Source of the DNA: Candidatus Poseidoniaceae archaeon
GTDB lineage: Archaea; Thermoplasmatota; Poseidoniia; Poseidoniales; Poseidoniaceae
Direction: 5' to 3'
Length of the DNA stretch: 64,000 nt
Assembly: GCA_030747695.1 (NCBI GenBank)
Contig: JASLKG010000007.1
Span: 2,261-66,260 of the forward strand
Numbering within the stretch: the first letter of the stretch is position 1; every line of letters begins with the position of its first letter. The notes under the pieces are model-generated. The model was not told where the DNA came from, ran no database searches, and saw only the letters and a list, made by a program, of their open reading frames with translations. Below are positions 11,201-18,682 of the stretch, piece after piece. The position numbers and the translations under genes were made by a program.

Positions 11201-14200
11201 GTTGATTCTGACGATATTGCACATGTTTTGATGGACATGTCTGAGGGTCACGACTTGAGAACTACTGGATTTGACAAAGACCTAAACATGGCATATGATG
11301 TTGCTTCTTCGCAGTGGTCTTCTAACCACTATACTACCGACTTTGGACTCGATAATTCGGGTTCAATTTACATTACAGGTTACCATGGTGCATATCACAT
11401 GTTCAGAACCGCATCATTGCTGAATGAATGTGATAGCGATAATATAGATTGTAGTGGCGTTAGGTCTTGGAGTTCAGGTCAATCATCTATGTATGCTTCA
11501 CAACATTATCTCAACAGATTCTGGGGCGATTTTGACCACGAGATAAACTATAACAGTCCGTCAGAAGGTGCATCTTCTTCTTTTGGTACGATCGGGTATC
11601 ATAACGTTCAAGTTGCTAGTTATACGTTAAATGATAGTGCAGGGAATTATAACACTGCAGCCCTTCCTTGTGGACTGTCGTTTACTGCTTCTAGTGGCAG
11701 AATATCTGGAACTCCAAGTAATGGTTGTACTGACACTGCAAATGAAACGTATACTATTTCGGCGTGGTATGGTTCATCATATTCTCAACCGTGGAATAGA
11801 CTCCAATCTTTCGAGGTTACATTTGGAATCGGGCCTACTGTACCAGTGGTATCATACAACTCAGCAGACACTACTCAAACATACACAAGAGGAGTCGCAA
11901 TCACACCGATTGCACCAACAGGTATTACGAATAGTGCAAATCTGGACCATTTCACAACATATCCTCCTTTGCCGGCTGGATTGTCAGTGAACAGTACAGG
12001 ACACATTACCGGTACACCAACTGCTAACCAAAGCACTGCGATATTCAAGGTCAAATCTTGTAATAGTTGGAACATCTGTAGTGAAGGTGTTCCGTTTACA
12101 ATCACTATTAACGAACCTACTCCGGTAATTTCCTACCCGGATTCTGAATATGAATTCTTCAAGGATGTACCAATTGCTCCTGTAGTTCCTACGAATACTG
12201 GCGGAGTGCCTTCTTCTTGGGAGGTTTCACCCGATTTACCCACAGGTATGAGCCTTAGAGGAGACGGAGCAATCGTCGGAATACCATTCGTGGACTCGCT
12301 TGCTACAGACTACACGATATACGCAAACAATAGCGGTGGAACTGGAACCACAGTGATTGAGATTACAATTAATGGAACTGGCGTATTCATCAATTACCCA
12401 TACAATACCGCAGAATTAGCACAATATTCACCAATGATGGCATTGTATCCATCTACCTCTGGTGCAGCAGTTGTCTCTTGGAGTATTGACCCTACATTGC
12501 CTACCGGTCTCTTCTTTGGAACCAACAATGGCACCATATGGGGAACTCCAAATACCTTGGCTGAAAGCGCAGTGCATACAATTAACGCTTCTGGAGTCGA
12601 TGATTTTGGTATTGCCACAGTTACCATTTCTGTATTGTTAGACACAGATTTAGACAGCATACCTGACATCAATGATGATGATATCGATGGTGACGGTTGG
12701 ACAAACATTGATGAAACAAATTGTCAAACTGATGAGATGGATGTTAATGACTATCCAAGCGATATCGACCAAGATAGAATTTGTGACTTGTTAGATACTA
12801 ATGATGATAGAGCAATTATCGTAGTCTATCTTGCAAATGATTTGGAATTAGTAAACGACACCATTATGTCGCCACTAGTACCAATTACAGCTGGTGGAGA
12901 TATTGATACTTGGGAAATAACACCTGCTCTGCCTCTCGGTTTAGACTTTAATGGTACGATGCCAGGTAGATCAAGTTCATTCACGGGAATTATATCAGGT
13001 ACCCCTACTGAAATAAGTTCAACAACAGTCTATACGATTTGGGCGAACAATACAAATTCTGAACAGAGCGGTATGTTCCAAATAACGATTAGTGTATTGG
13101 TGGATACAGATGGTGATGGAATTCCTGATGTTGAAGATGGAGATATAGATGGGGACTCTTGGTCTAATGAGATGGAGGTTTTGTGTGCACGTGATCCACT
13201 AGATGAAAATAGCACTCCAATTGATACAGATGGTGATCAAAAGTGCAATTATGTTGATGATGATGATGATGATGATACATATATCGATACAGATGAGATA
13301 TTGTGTAATTCAGACCCAACAGATGCAACTGATGTTCCAATAGATCTTGATAATGATGGCATATGCGATGCACTCCAATCAGATATTGATCTCGATGGAT
13401 GGGCTGATGGAACTGAAGAGGCCTGTGGTTCAGATCCAAACAACGCATCTAGTATCCCTGTTGATTCAGATGGCGATGGAATTTGTGATGATTGGGACGA
13501 TGATAGAGATGGAGACAATGTTGGCAATACTGTAGATGACTTCCCTGATGATCCATCAGCATCCAGAGATACAGATGGAGATGGGAAACCGGATTCAATC
13601 TTAGGAACTTCTGAATTTGGACTTGAAGAAGACTTTGACGATGATAATGATAATTGGACAGATTACCAAGAATCTTTGTGTGGCACAAACTCGTTAGATG
13701 AATCCGAATTCCCTACCGATTCAGATGGTGATGGACTTTGTGATGCTCTAGAAGAAGATAGAGATGGAGACGATGTAGTTGATGGTGAGGATGCATTCCC
13801 TGACGATCCTAATGAATGGAGAGATACAGATGGTGATGGAATTGGCGATAATGCAGACACAGATGACGATGGAGACAATTGGCTAGATTCAGATGAGAAT
13901 GATTGTGGCACAGATCCATTAGATGCTGAAAGTATGCCTGTTGATGAAGATCAAGATGGTGTTTGTGAACAATCTGATGTCAATAACCAGGAGCCTAATG
14001 ATAATGATGATACATCTACAATGCTTTGGATTTTGGTCTGTTGTCCATTCTTGTTATTACTGTTGTTGATACCTCTGATATATAGGGCGAGAGATAGAGG
14101 TGAGTCCTTGCTTGTACTTATGGGAATGAGAAATGGCCCTGAACCAGAGAATACTACCGCAGAACCAGAATTCATTAGTGGTTCTGGGACTAAGAATGAC

Positions 14201-15100
14201 CCCTATGTCTTACGTCCAGCACATGTGGAAAACTTTGGCGATGATGCAACGAGTGAAGAAACGGTTACAATTACTAATCTAGACCCTGACACTTTAGTCT
14301 CTATTACAGATATGGCATCAAACACAAATAGGGGTCGTTTCAATATGGATCCAATCCTTGTAGAAGGAGCCCGGGAAGAGAAAGGCTCAGGCGCAATTGT
14401 GTTCCAGTTAAACTTTGATGACAATGTTACAGAAGACCAAATAAATGGAAAATATGAAGGGCAGATTAGAGTTGGTAGTTCTTCAGTATATATTCTATGG
14501 CAAGTAACTGTTGGCGATCCAGAACTCGAGGCCGCGGCCCAAGCCAAAGAAGCTGAAGAAAAGGCCGCAAAAGAAGCTGAGAAAGAAGAGTCTGAGAGAA
14601 AACTAAGAGAAGCAGAATCCAAAGCAGCAGAGGCTGAAGCCAAAGCAATAATTGCTGAAGAAAAGGCTGCTAAAGAAAAGAAGGCGAGAGAGAATGCGGA
14701 AGATGCTGCGCGCTTGGCAGCAGAAGAAGCAGCCAAAGAACGCCTTGCACAGATGGAAAAGGAAATGGATGAACGGCGAGCAAAACTTGCAGAGATGGAT
14801 GAAACTACTCGCAAAAAAGAAGAAGAGTTACTAAGGATTTCTGAAAAGGCAAAAACAATCGATTTTGCTACAATCGGAGTTGCAGATAAATCCCAAAAAG
14901 ATGATTTGAAAAAAATCAAGGGAGTGGGTCCATTTATTGAAGACAAATTGAATGCTTTAGGAATCTATACTTTTTCTCAAGTAGGCAATATGACTGCTGA
15001 AATAGAAGAACAAGTCAATGTTGCAATAGAGTTCTTCCCTGGCAGAATCCGAAGAGATGAGTGGGCTAAACAGGCACGCAAGTTTGATAGCCAAAAGTGA
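2204..15100 (+). CDS. Giant (about 4300 aa) type-I membrane-anchored surface protein. Contains RCC1-like repeats, beta-propeller-like repeats, duplicated MAM-like jelly-roll, He_PIG/cadherin-like Ig repeats and TSP3-like Ca-binding repeats, then one TM and a cytoplasmic coiled-coil plus HhH tail
   Basis: A single uninterrupted ORF (track start GTG 2192, ATG at 2204). The signal-like N-terminus is MRLVSCKNTALLLTLIMVLMPMTPFA. There are more than 25 RCC1-type units (CWGDGSEGQLGLG, HSCAL..GSVKCWG, CWGNNSKGQIGIG). DxDxDGxxDxxD arrays are present (DTDGDGIPDVEDGDIDGDSW). LPAGLSVNSTGHITGTP-type Ig repeats are present. The TM is MLWILVCCPFLLLLLLIPLIY followed by RARDRG. Confidence 0.9.
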   Translation: MRLVSCKNTALLLTLIMVLMPMTPFADQDFNQADRNEKLNEEIVMSTGNTGNADSIAFGLQSGCAIGASGNIKCWGDGSEGQLGLGNTQNIGDSTDETGTDLPFVNLGTNASVDKIVMGEDHSCALFTNGSVKCWGESSVLGLGYSSSNGGFGDGYLETGDTLPFLQLPTNRHATMIEAGKSHTCAVMDNNDLICWGNNSKGQIGIGAVSSSESEIFGDASNEIGDNFYVTSVPTGRTIDSMALGWDHTCVVWDNYSVSCWGGNDHGQLGLDSTTDIGDGAGEMGDNLDFIDLPGTASAITAGDGFTCAIVDDSGTDKAFCWGLNDFGQLGIESTTNVGDGSGGSMSSISNADLSEEVQAIDAGEDHVCAIVLKGSSYRPVQCWGNGADGRLGYGSQDSRGTGPGSASGMGSNLPYVRLNSGNTHYAYTATDIEVGAGTSCVIKYQGNNDIICWGDNGIGQLGYGDTEDRGDGQTDLPFVTELSLKLDEEGMENSCEILGVPEHRTGLDKRLDTDSSDTGDLISMFEIPTTGCPAIAYYDSGSDNLKFAAYDNGMWSVETLGSYTRITDIDLVVDSNGIPHIMHLNATYNMGDNGEPVYTTKTNGIWTESTLQGGTITTNLSLSIDSSDSITLTRYYETAIPSYTFARDSCSTDCGTWSNWNQDSNINQDTAYFETANGHEVFIDNSQNGLYYRPGSGTSPYLVSREVSQSDTYMVASIDAAPDGTVGIAHTNDTTYKTYFSYCSSTCSTLSSWTTELVSTDTSSEVVLQYDADGTPWILLTHNTTGATLFKSDNGQWDGQAISTWPGAADSFGMIINSAGYIFTSLHLVNPGELWAVTNPAIAGAGLYIDADGDGWTGLEELSCGTDRMVSSSIPGDFDEDGRCDRMDTVNSLPSVGDSSVLTQGMDFACAILDDGEIYCWGDNTYGKLGGSGSSASWPTGFEAVDVDAGESHACALSSAGEILCWGRNNKGQIGIGSTSSSENPTLLTLPNNHVAANLAVGANHNCITTTTSQIYCWGDGEDSQTGEYYVPDTSAGYNDDFEASTAASFWTLEGSTGTFGDQWALDSTDSSSGSNSFKSSGHVSGSDVGFSITKMFMNGTVSFDYKTATCPNLNNCNDKLLFTIDGDEINSTKGQMSNWASFNTSIDSGMHTLRWSFVKDGQSNNDGGVGSDYVAVDNIQIRTGFRVESGGIVDSPEVMSLNLGGLPEEIVAGERHTCLTNHLGEIWCMGYNGGSNRMVLGNSSTTGANSSSLVQVDIGFGTNSVGTVTAGYDTSCAILDNSTQAVCWGQRDDWSDTGGSTRSGELLLGSSSPSNSGTVADLGFSYDDDFEAATISSEWTLEGSSGQWALDTTDASSGTNSFKSNNHATDSNMGFSITRTFTSGSVSFDYKTDTCPNLNQCTDRLVFTIDGVEINSSKGQMINWASFSTNITEGEHTLRWSYLKDGLAANDASGDDVAVDNIQIRTGNNDRIYSIAMGESHACAIVENTIQCWGVEESGSFGQGSSTTAAYSTPQTISVPSGWTAKQVVIEHSTDSTCGIFENSVGSSSVMCWGDETAVGYSTSNPVTAITYMIPVEDSNGDDIIPSDDSISPYDIVDLQSGSSHTCALSRQGLIKCWGSNQQGQLGIAGPGWNTIRLGDNANEMGINLPYIDLGANVTATQISVGMNHNCAIVQSTTDSSMNGKVMCWGHNNKRQTLLTGSAADHEPNPRLVNAFGNDVVKIAAANEVTCALKIDGEIHCMGRDSERAIGTTSSYYGQGPATTLEFSSSGKFIDLYASSHSAGAMCATSVSGAIKCWGQGSYISQTSVNPVVFYDVNGIISSDLSFGEQHACMVVGTTTQLHETTSPLTNAGDIVCWGDNAYGKLGIGSTTDLGTHNNILTARPIDFNGTKMTYVESSIHHNCAISVSGEVYCWGSGSDGKIGYENTNAIGDDTNELPFLNAVVLEGSAKLLALTSTSTCAVMTDNEVYCWGDGSSGRTGHENSVDIGGSSNQMGVYLAPTDLHMRPTDFDLDGTIDTWDTDDDNDGALDVDDDFRLDPCAVLDTDSDGMPDLIYPNCTTTLVEDLDDDNDNWNDTVEEACITNSKDWASIPRDLDADGTCDTIDTDDDGDGWSDVDEQACERKEWGERYLTAQSNNWGYGFMSGYGTGVVFLPNDHGHLYQTLGLDNNARQLWIYGFKESESYVLRDDIYNTGGSQQGFDYESYGQGVYVVNDEELLYLNYNSNVNHVSNSPSEIYTFDITHVDQHHDLSISSDGTVYMTTHDMIVRISSSGETEIAYPSGVSNSTSDASYKQIAVDSNGDVHLLAYHEVASRIYTWIYDTSSESWNSGIDSGSGSVSDVGPGRSSFAVDSSNQPHLALMKGSSATDSNSYLTYQFYDNSGSNWVSRFTDQTPSGYNGISLELDSNNDIHLAWVDNGNKSLYYTKLSSTSNAQSTTLVQTASGSNSYWDTSHKSLELTIGAGDDPWISWSPWLRSYNQYNKLLHFGTVTDSSLDSTVYPGDHDGDGICNMLEVATLDYGSDSLIFEMEMSVSYAPEYPAMMPTGVAISPSLPAGLTLNTTTGEISGRVTSTDFIGSTYTISTTSDVEAWNDSITIKSTMENPLYTGYQTLFTNSYSDQTSAKTAFAGNGEIVTLERYTSTSSIQVDGVDAGGNHDNNDIVLSMRDPTGDYIWAKSIRGNTFYIEDVDVDDNGNIYALFQATAHSSDPVVFNFDGVTIDNNGKETVILAKWDYYGNLQWAINTESTGTSTDGDLASISRSSDDESSEMDLDKSTGDVAIIAKGRAVNDDLKFGGMQIGPFGTCLSTIQPWVAKVNTNGQVQWTSVGKSDPTNCRATDEHQVVLHHDGSVTTAGHVNPSSNGQWDYDFGSSSAAYSGGNYAARASSWIAHADSSGNWLWAENVTTESSHSSESYEHYFTMDKYSDDTLFFAYVSSRQYCTDLEFAGSSTGSMPTQINRFCLHVATMNHTTSDVISLETRIGYHYTSNTFRSNSIYSAVDSDDIAHVLMDMSEGHDLRTTGFDKDLNMAYDVASSQWSSNHYTTDFGLDNSGSIYITGYHGAYHMFRTASLLNECDSDNIDCSGVRSWSSGQSSMYASQHYLNRFWGDFDHEINYNSPSEGASSSFGTIGYHNVQVASYTLNDSAGNYNTAALPCGLSFTASSGRISGTPSNGCTDTANETYTISAWYGSSYSQPWNRLQSFEVTFGIGPTVPVVSYNSADTTQTYTRGVAITPIAPTGITNSANLDHFTTYPPLPAGLSVNSTGHITGTPTANQSTAIFKVKSCNSWNICSEGVPFTITINEPTPVISYPDSEYEFFKDVPIAPVVPTNTGGVPSSWEVSPDLPTGMSLRGDGAIVGIPFVDSLATDYTIYANNSGGTGTTVIEITINGTGVFINYPYNTAELAQYSPMMALYPSTSGAAVVSWSIDPTLPTGLFFGTNNGTIWGTPNTLAESAVHTINASGVDDFGIATVTISVLLDTDLDSIPDINDDDIDGDGWTNIDETNCQTDEMDVNDYPSDIDQDRICDLLDTNDDRAIIVVYLANDLELVNDTIMSPLVPITAGGDIDTWEITPALPLGLDFNGTMPGRSSSFTGIISGTPTEISSTTVYTIWANNTNSEQSGMFQITISVLVDTDGDGIPDVEDGDIDGDSWSNEMEVLCARDPLDENSTPIDTDGDQKCNYVDDDDDDDTYIDTDEILCNSDPTDATDVPIDLDNDGICDALQSDIDLDGWADGTEEACGSDPNNASSIPVDSDGDGICDDWDDDRDGDNVGNTVDDFPDDPSASRDTDGDGKPDSILGTSEFGLEEDFDDDNDNWTDYQESLCGTNSLDESEFPTDSDGDGLCDALEEDRDGDDVVDGEDAFPDDPNEWRDTDGDGIGDNADTDDDGDNWLDSDENDCGTDPLDAESMPVDEDQDGVCEQSDVNNQEPNDNDDTSTMLWILVCCPFLLLLLLIPLIYRARDRGESLLVLMGMRNGPEPENTTAEPEFISGSGTKNDPYVLRPAHVENFGDDATSEETVTITNLDPDTLVSITDMASNTNRGRFNMDPILVEGAREEKGSGAIVFQLNFDDNVTEDQINGKYEGQIRVGSSSVYILWQVTVGDPELEAAAQAKEAEEKAAKEAEKEESERKLREAESKAAEAEAKAIIAEEKAAKEKKARENAEDAARLAAEEAAKERLAQMEKEMDERRAKLAEMDETTRKKEEELLRISEKAKTIDFATIGVADKSQKDDLKKIKGVGPFIEDKLNALGIYTFSQVGNMTAEIEEQVNVAIEFFPGRIRRDEWAKQARKFDSQK
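5324..5761 (+). repeat. Intragenic duplicated module, copy 1 (MAM/ephrin-LBD-like jelly-roll lectin-type domain)
   Basis: DDFEASTAASFWTLEGS..FKSSGH..VSFDYKTATCPNLNNCNDKLLFTIDGDEINSTKGQMSNWASF..HTLRWSFVKDG..VAVDNIQIRTG. It is collinear with copy 2. Confidence 0.85.
6191..6610 (+). repeat. Intragenic duplicated module, copy 2
   Basis: DDFEAATISSEWTLEGS..FKSNNH..VSFDYKTDTCPNLNQCTDRLVFTIDGVEINSSKGQMINWASF..HTLRWSYLKDG..VAVDNIQIRTG. The 68-nt core at 6428-6495 differs from 5573-5640 at 5 positions by my count. Confidence 0.85.
14021..14083 (+). other. Single transmembrane anchor of the giant protein
   Basis: MLWILVCCPFLLLLLLIPLIY is followed by the positive cluster RARDRG. The positive-inside rule puts the remaining approximately 330 aa in the cytoplasm. 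Confidence 0.8.
14900..15097 (+). other. C-terminal helix-hairpin-helix-like module in the cytoplasmic tail of the giant protein
   Basis: DDLKKIKGVGPFIEDKLNALGIYTFSQVGNMT..FFPGRIRRDEWAKQARKF. From memory this resembles the C-terminal extension of alphaproteobacterial NuoE and related HhH proteins (IKGIGPKLE..LN.LGI..F.QIA..F.GRI.RD.W..QA). It follows a KEAEEKAAKEAEKEE-type coiled coil at 14519-14860. Confidence 0.55.
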
Positions 15101-15122
15101 AGCGGCAAGGGATGTGGGCACC

Positions 15123-16415
15123 ATGTCTTGGTTTTCAGATTTCCTTGCAGATGTAGACTCATTGCCTGATTATGCTAAATTAGCTATTTGTGCAGGGTCA
15201 ATTGTTGTTGGATTAGTTGTAACAAAACATGCCATAACAAAACCTTGGTTGAAGATTGTCAAGGCTAGTGCTGTCGAATGGGATGACTATCTACACAGGC
15301 CATTATCAAATAGATTGAATCTTTTCGTTGTTGTTGGTGGTATTCAAATATCAATGTCATGGATCACATCATCTAGTGGATTTTACAATGATTTACAACC
15401 CTTTTTCTCAGCAATATACATTCTTCTTGCTACATCTATCTGTAGTGTTTCTGTAAAGCATTTAGTTCCAGTAATAATGGAACAATTCCAAGAGAAGGGG
15501 AGTGTCACTGTTTCGGGCAGTAATTCATTAGTTACCTTTTTCTTGAGGTTTGTACTTTATTTTGCAGGTCTATACTTTGCACTAAACGAACTTGGTATTG
15601 AATTGTTTGGAATACTTGCATCCTTAGCAGTATTCTCATTAATCATCGGATTAGCAATTCAGCAGACCTTAGGTAGTATAGTTAATTCATTCTTGCTATC
15701 GATTGATCGCCCATTTGAAGTAGGGGATAGGATTGAAATCGATGGAACAATAGGTACAGTGGTTTCAGTTGGTATTCTTTCAACAAAAATCTTAGATAGA
15801 GATGAAAGGTTAGTTGTAATTCCAAATAATGCAGTAGTTTCTTCTACATTAGTAAATCATGCGAGAGGAGGTGGAGATGGAATTGCTCGACGTATATCTG
15901 TAGTTATTGATATTGGAGTGGATTATAGGGAAGATAATGACCATGTGAAATATAATCTACTCGAGATAGGCAGAAAGTGTCCTTACACTCTTCCATCGCC
16001 AGAACCACGTGTTTTACTTAATGAACTAAGTGACTTTTCAAAGGTCTTTAGGTTGTATACTTGGGTCGAAGATTATAGTGAAGAGTGGGTTGCTAGAGAT
16101 TGGTTGTTAAAAACAATTGATATTGAATTTGCTAACGAGGATATCAATATTCCATATCCTACAACTGTTGAACTTTCAGGTGAAAGCGACAGTACAAGTG
16201 CTAAGAAATTAAAGAGCCAAAAAGTAGCAAAGAAAAAGATGACAATGGAAGATCAGCGCTTAAAGGTTGAAAGAGAAAAGACTCGTGCTGAAATCACAAA
16301 AATAACAGAGAAACTCAAGGATGCTGAGTTGTCTAAGAAACAGATTACAGATTTGGAATTCGAAGCTCGAAAATTAGAGAATCAGTTGAATATGTTTGAC
16401 ACAGATGATGATTGA
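15123..16415 (+). CDS. mscS: Small-conductance mechanosensitive channel (MscS family) with a charged coiled-coil C-terminus
   Basis: The core is LASLAVFSLIIGLAIQQTLGSIVNSFLLSIDRPFEVGDRIEIDGTIGTVVSVGILSTKILDRDERLVVIPNNAVVSS. The track ORF starts at 15057 inside the giant gene, and ATG 15123 (MSWFSDF) avoids that overlap. Confidence 0.8.
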   Translation: MSWFSDFLADVDSLPDYAKLAICAGSIVVGLVVTKHAITKPWLKIVKASAVEWDDYLHRPLSNRLNLFVVVGGIQISMSWITSSSGFYNDLQPFFSAIYILLATSICSVSVKHLVPVIMEQFQEKGSVTVSGSNSLVTFFLRFVLYFAGLYFALNELGIELFGILASLAVFSLIIGLAIQQTLGSIVNSFLLSIDRPFEVGDRIEIDGTIGTVVSVGILSTKILDRDERLVVIPNNAVVSSTLVNHARGGGDGIARRISVVIDIGVDYREDNDHVKYNLLEIGRKCPYTLPSPEPRVLLNELSDFSKVFRLYTWVEDYSEEWVARDWLLKTIDIEFANEDINIPYPTTVELSGESDSTSAKKLKSQKVAKKKMTMEDQRLKVEREKTRAEITKITEKLKDAELSKKQITDLEFEARKLENQLNMFDTDDD

Positions 16416-16449
16416 AAATGATTACCAGATACAATCTATTCTGTAGAAT

Positions 16450-17265
16450 TTAGTATGATTCATCACTGTTTGGGAAATCACCACTGCGTACATCCTCACA
16501 GTATGATTTGACAGCATCAGAGATTTGGTTTTCCAAATCTAAATATCTTCTTAAAAACCGAGGCGAAAAATCAGTTGTAATTCCGAGTAAATCATGCAAA
16601 ACAAGCACTTGTCCATCGCAATCTGGGCCAGCACCAATTCCAATTGTTGGAATAGACAGAGCTTCACTAACTTGCTTTGCTAGATGTGCAGGTATTTTTT
16701 CAAGTACAATTGCAAAGCATCCAGCATCCTCAAGCACCTTTGCATCTGCGATTAATTTTACAGCTTCTTTTTCTTCCTTAGCACGTACTGAATAGGTGCC
16801 AAATTTGTAAATTGATTGTGGGGTCAATCCTAAATGTCCCATTACTGGTATACCTGCAGTGAGAATGCGTTCGATTGATTCTACAATCTCAGACCCTCCT
16901 TCTAGTTTTACAGCATGCCCATTTGCTTCTTTCATGATTCTTATTGCGCTATCGAGTGCATTTCTTGAATTACCTTGGTAGGTGCCAAATGGCATATCTA
17001 CTACAATAAGTGCTCTGTCAACAGCCCTTTCAACGCATTGTGCATGGTAAATCATGTGATCTAAACTCATAGGAACTGTAGTATCTCTGCCAGCCATTAC
17101 ATTAGATGCAGAATCTCCAACAAGGATTACATCGACACCTCCACGATCAACCAACTTTGCAAGACTGTAGTCATATGCAGTAAGCATAGTGATTTTTTCA
17201 CCTTCATGCTTCATTTCTTGAAGCGTATTTGTAGTGACTTTTCGGGCTTTACCATGTATCGACAT
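16450..17265 (-). CDS. panB: 3-methyl-2-oxobutanoate hydroxymethyltransferase (ketopantoate hydroxymethyltransferase)
   Basis: [79 protein letters not shown]. Confidence 0.9.
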   Translation of the reverse strand: MSIHGKARKVTTNTLQEMKHEGEKITMLTAYDYSLAKLVDRGGVDVILVGDSASNVMAGRDTTVPMSLDHMIYHAQCVERAVDRALIVVDMPFGTYQGNSRNALDSAIRIMKEANGHAVKLEGGSEIVESIERILTAGIPVMGHLGLTPQSIYKFGTYSVRAKEEKEAVKLIADAKVLEDAGCFAIVLEKIPAHLAKQVSEALSIPTIGIGAGPDCDGQVLVLHDLLGITTDFSPRFLRRYLDLENQISDAVKSYCEDVRSGDFPNSDESY

Positions 17266-17302
17266 GCTCTCTGCTCCAAATTGCCTGATGTGGTTTAGGA
17301 TT

Positions 17303-18682
17303 TCAATGCTCCTTAACGCAGATATTTACTACTTCTGAGAAGAAATTGACTGACCACATGCCACCTTCTCGCCCTACACCGCTATTTTTTACTCCACCAA
17401 AGGGTACACGTAAATCACGATGCAACCACGTATTGACCCAAACCATTCCAGAATCGATTCGTTCTGCGATTTCAAATCCCCTTTCTTTTGACCATACTGA
17501 ACCTGCAAGCCCATATTCTGTACAATTAGCTATCTCAATTGCTTCATCATCAGTATCAAAAGTGTGTATTGTCACCACGGGCCCGAATATTTCTTCTGTT
17601 GCAGTTCTAGAATTGTGCGATATTCCTCCAATTACAGTTGGTTCAATCCACGAACCTGCTTTATCTGGAATATTTCCTCCAGCAATTATCGCCCCCCCTT
17701 CATCCTTAGCTAACTGGATGTACGAGAGAATTTTATTTCTATGTTCTTCACTTATTACGGGCCCAATTTCAAAATCTTTTAATTCAGACAAATAACGCGT
17801 AAGGAATTCTTCTGCAATAGAAGAATGTACTAATATTCGTGATCCACATAAACAAATTTGTCCACTATTTAGGAAAGATGCGCGTAATACACCAGGCACA
17901 GTTATGTCGAGATCAGCATCATCAAGAATAATACTCGCATTTTTACCCCCTAGTTCCAAACTTAATTTTTTGAATAAGGGAGCGGCGGTTGCAGCAACAA
18001 TTCTTCCTGTTGAGGTTCCTCCTGTGAAGGAAATGGCCTTGATATCTGGATGTGAAACAATCTCCTGTCCTACTTCTGAACCATAGCCGTGTAGTATGTT
18101 GATAACCCCTTTTGGTAATCCTATGTCTGTACAAATTTGCCCGAATAGGTGCGCTGTTAGAGGAGTAATTTCACTTGGTTTGGCAATAATTGTGTTTCCC
18201 ATTAGTAGTGCAGGTGCAATTTTCCATGTAAGGAGATATAGAGGCAGATTCCATGGTGAAATAAGACCTACTACTCCTATTGGTTTCCTTATTATATGAT
18301 TAATAGCGTCTTCCATAACAAACTCATCATCTCTAATTTCTCTACCAAATTTTGCAAAAAACCTGAAATTATTGATACTTCTTTCAGCATCAACATTCCT
18401 AGCAATATCGTATGGCTTTCCAGTATCTAAGGATTCTAGTTCTGCGATTTCTTCTATCTTGTCTTCTAGTGCATTTGCAATATTATCCAACCAATAACAT
18501 CTCTCAATAATACTAAGGCTGCCCCATTGTAATTGCGCTTCTGTTGCTGCCATTACTGCCTCATCGATTTTTTTTGTACGTGGAACTTTGGCGATAATTG
18601 TAGAATCAAGGGGGGAGATGTCATCAAATGACTCTTCAAGAAAAATGTGTTGTCCATTGACCAGGTTTTCAACTTGAATCAT
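17303..18682 (-). CDS. NAD(P)-dependent aldehyde dehydrogenase (semialdehyde dehydrogenase-like)
   Basis: ALDH hallmarks are present: [24 protein letters not shown] (catalytic Glu region), [15 protein letters not shown] (catalytic Cys) and EEIFGPV. It shares an ATGA overlap with the upstream gene at 18679-18682. Confidence 0.85.
   Translation of the reverse strand: MIQVENLVNGQHIFLEESFDDISPLDSTIIAKVPRTKKIDEAVMAATEAQLQWGSLSIIERCYWLDNIANALEDKIEEIAELESLDTGKPYDIARNVDAERSINNFRFFAKFGREIRDDEFVMEDAINHIIRKPIGVVGLISPWNLPLYLLTWKIAPALLMGNTIIAKPSEITPLTAHLFGQICTDIGLPKGVINILHGYGSEVGQEIVSHPDIKAISFTGGTSTGRIVAATAAPLFKKLSLELGGKNASIILDDADLDITVPGVLRASFLNSGQICLCGSRILVHSSIAEEFLTRYLSELKDFEIGPVISEEHRNKILSYIQLAKDEGGAIIAGGNIPDKAGSWIEPTVIGGISHNSRTATEEIFGPVVTIHTFDTDDEAIEIANCTEYGLAGSVWSKERGFEIAERIDSGMVWVNTWLHRDLRVPFGGVKNSGVGREGGMWSVNFFSEVVNICVKEH

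Noticed and set aside
13255-13277. (GAT)n microsatellite
   Set aside because: It is a short in-frame poly-Asp run inside the Ca-binding DxDxDG repeat region. It is compositional rather than a separate feature.
14203-14946. 247-aa minus-strand ORF
   Set aside because: It lies entirely antisense to the Lys/Glu/Ala coiled-coil segment of the giant gene. Its translation is low-complexity Ser/Ala/Phe-rich and simply mirrors GAA/GCA/AAG codon repeats. It is an antisense shadow ORF.
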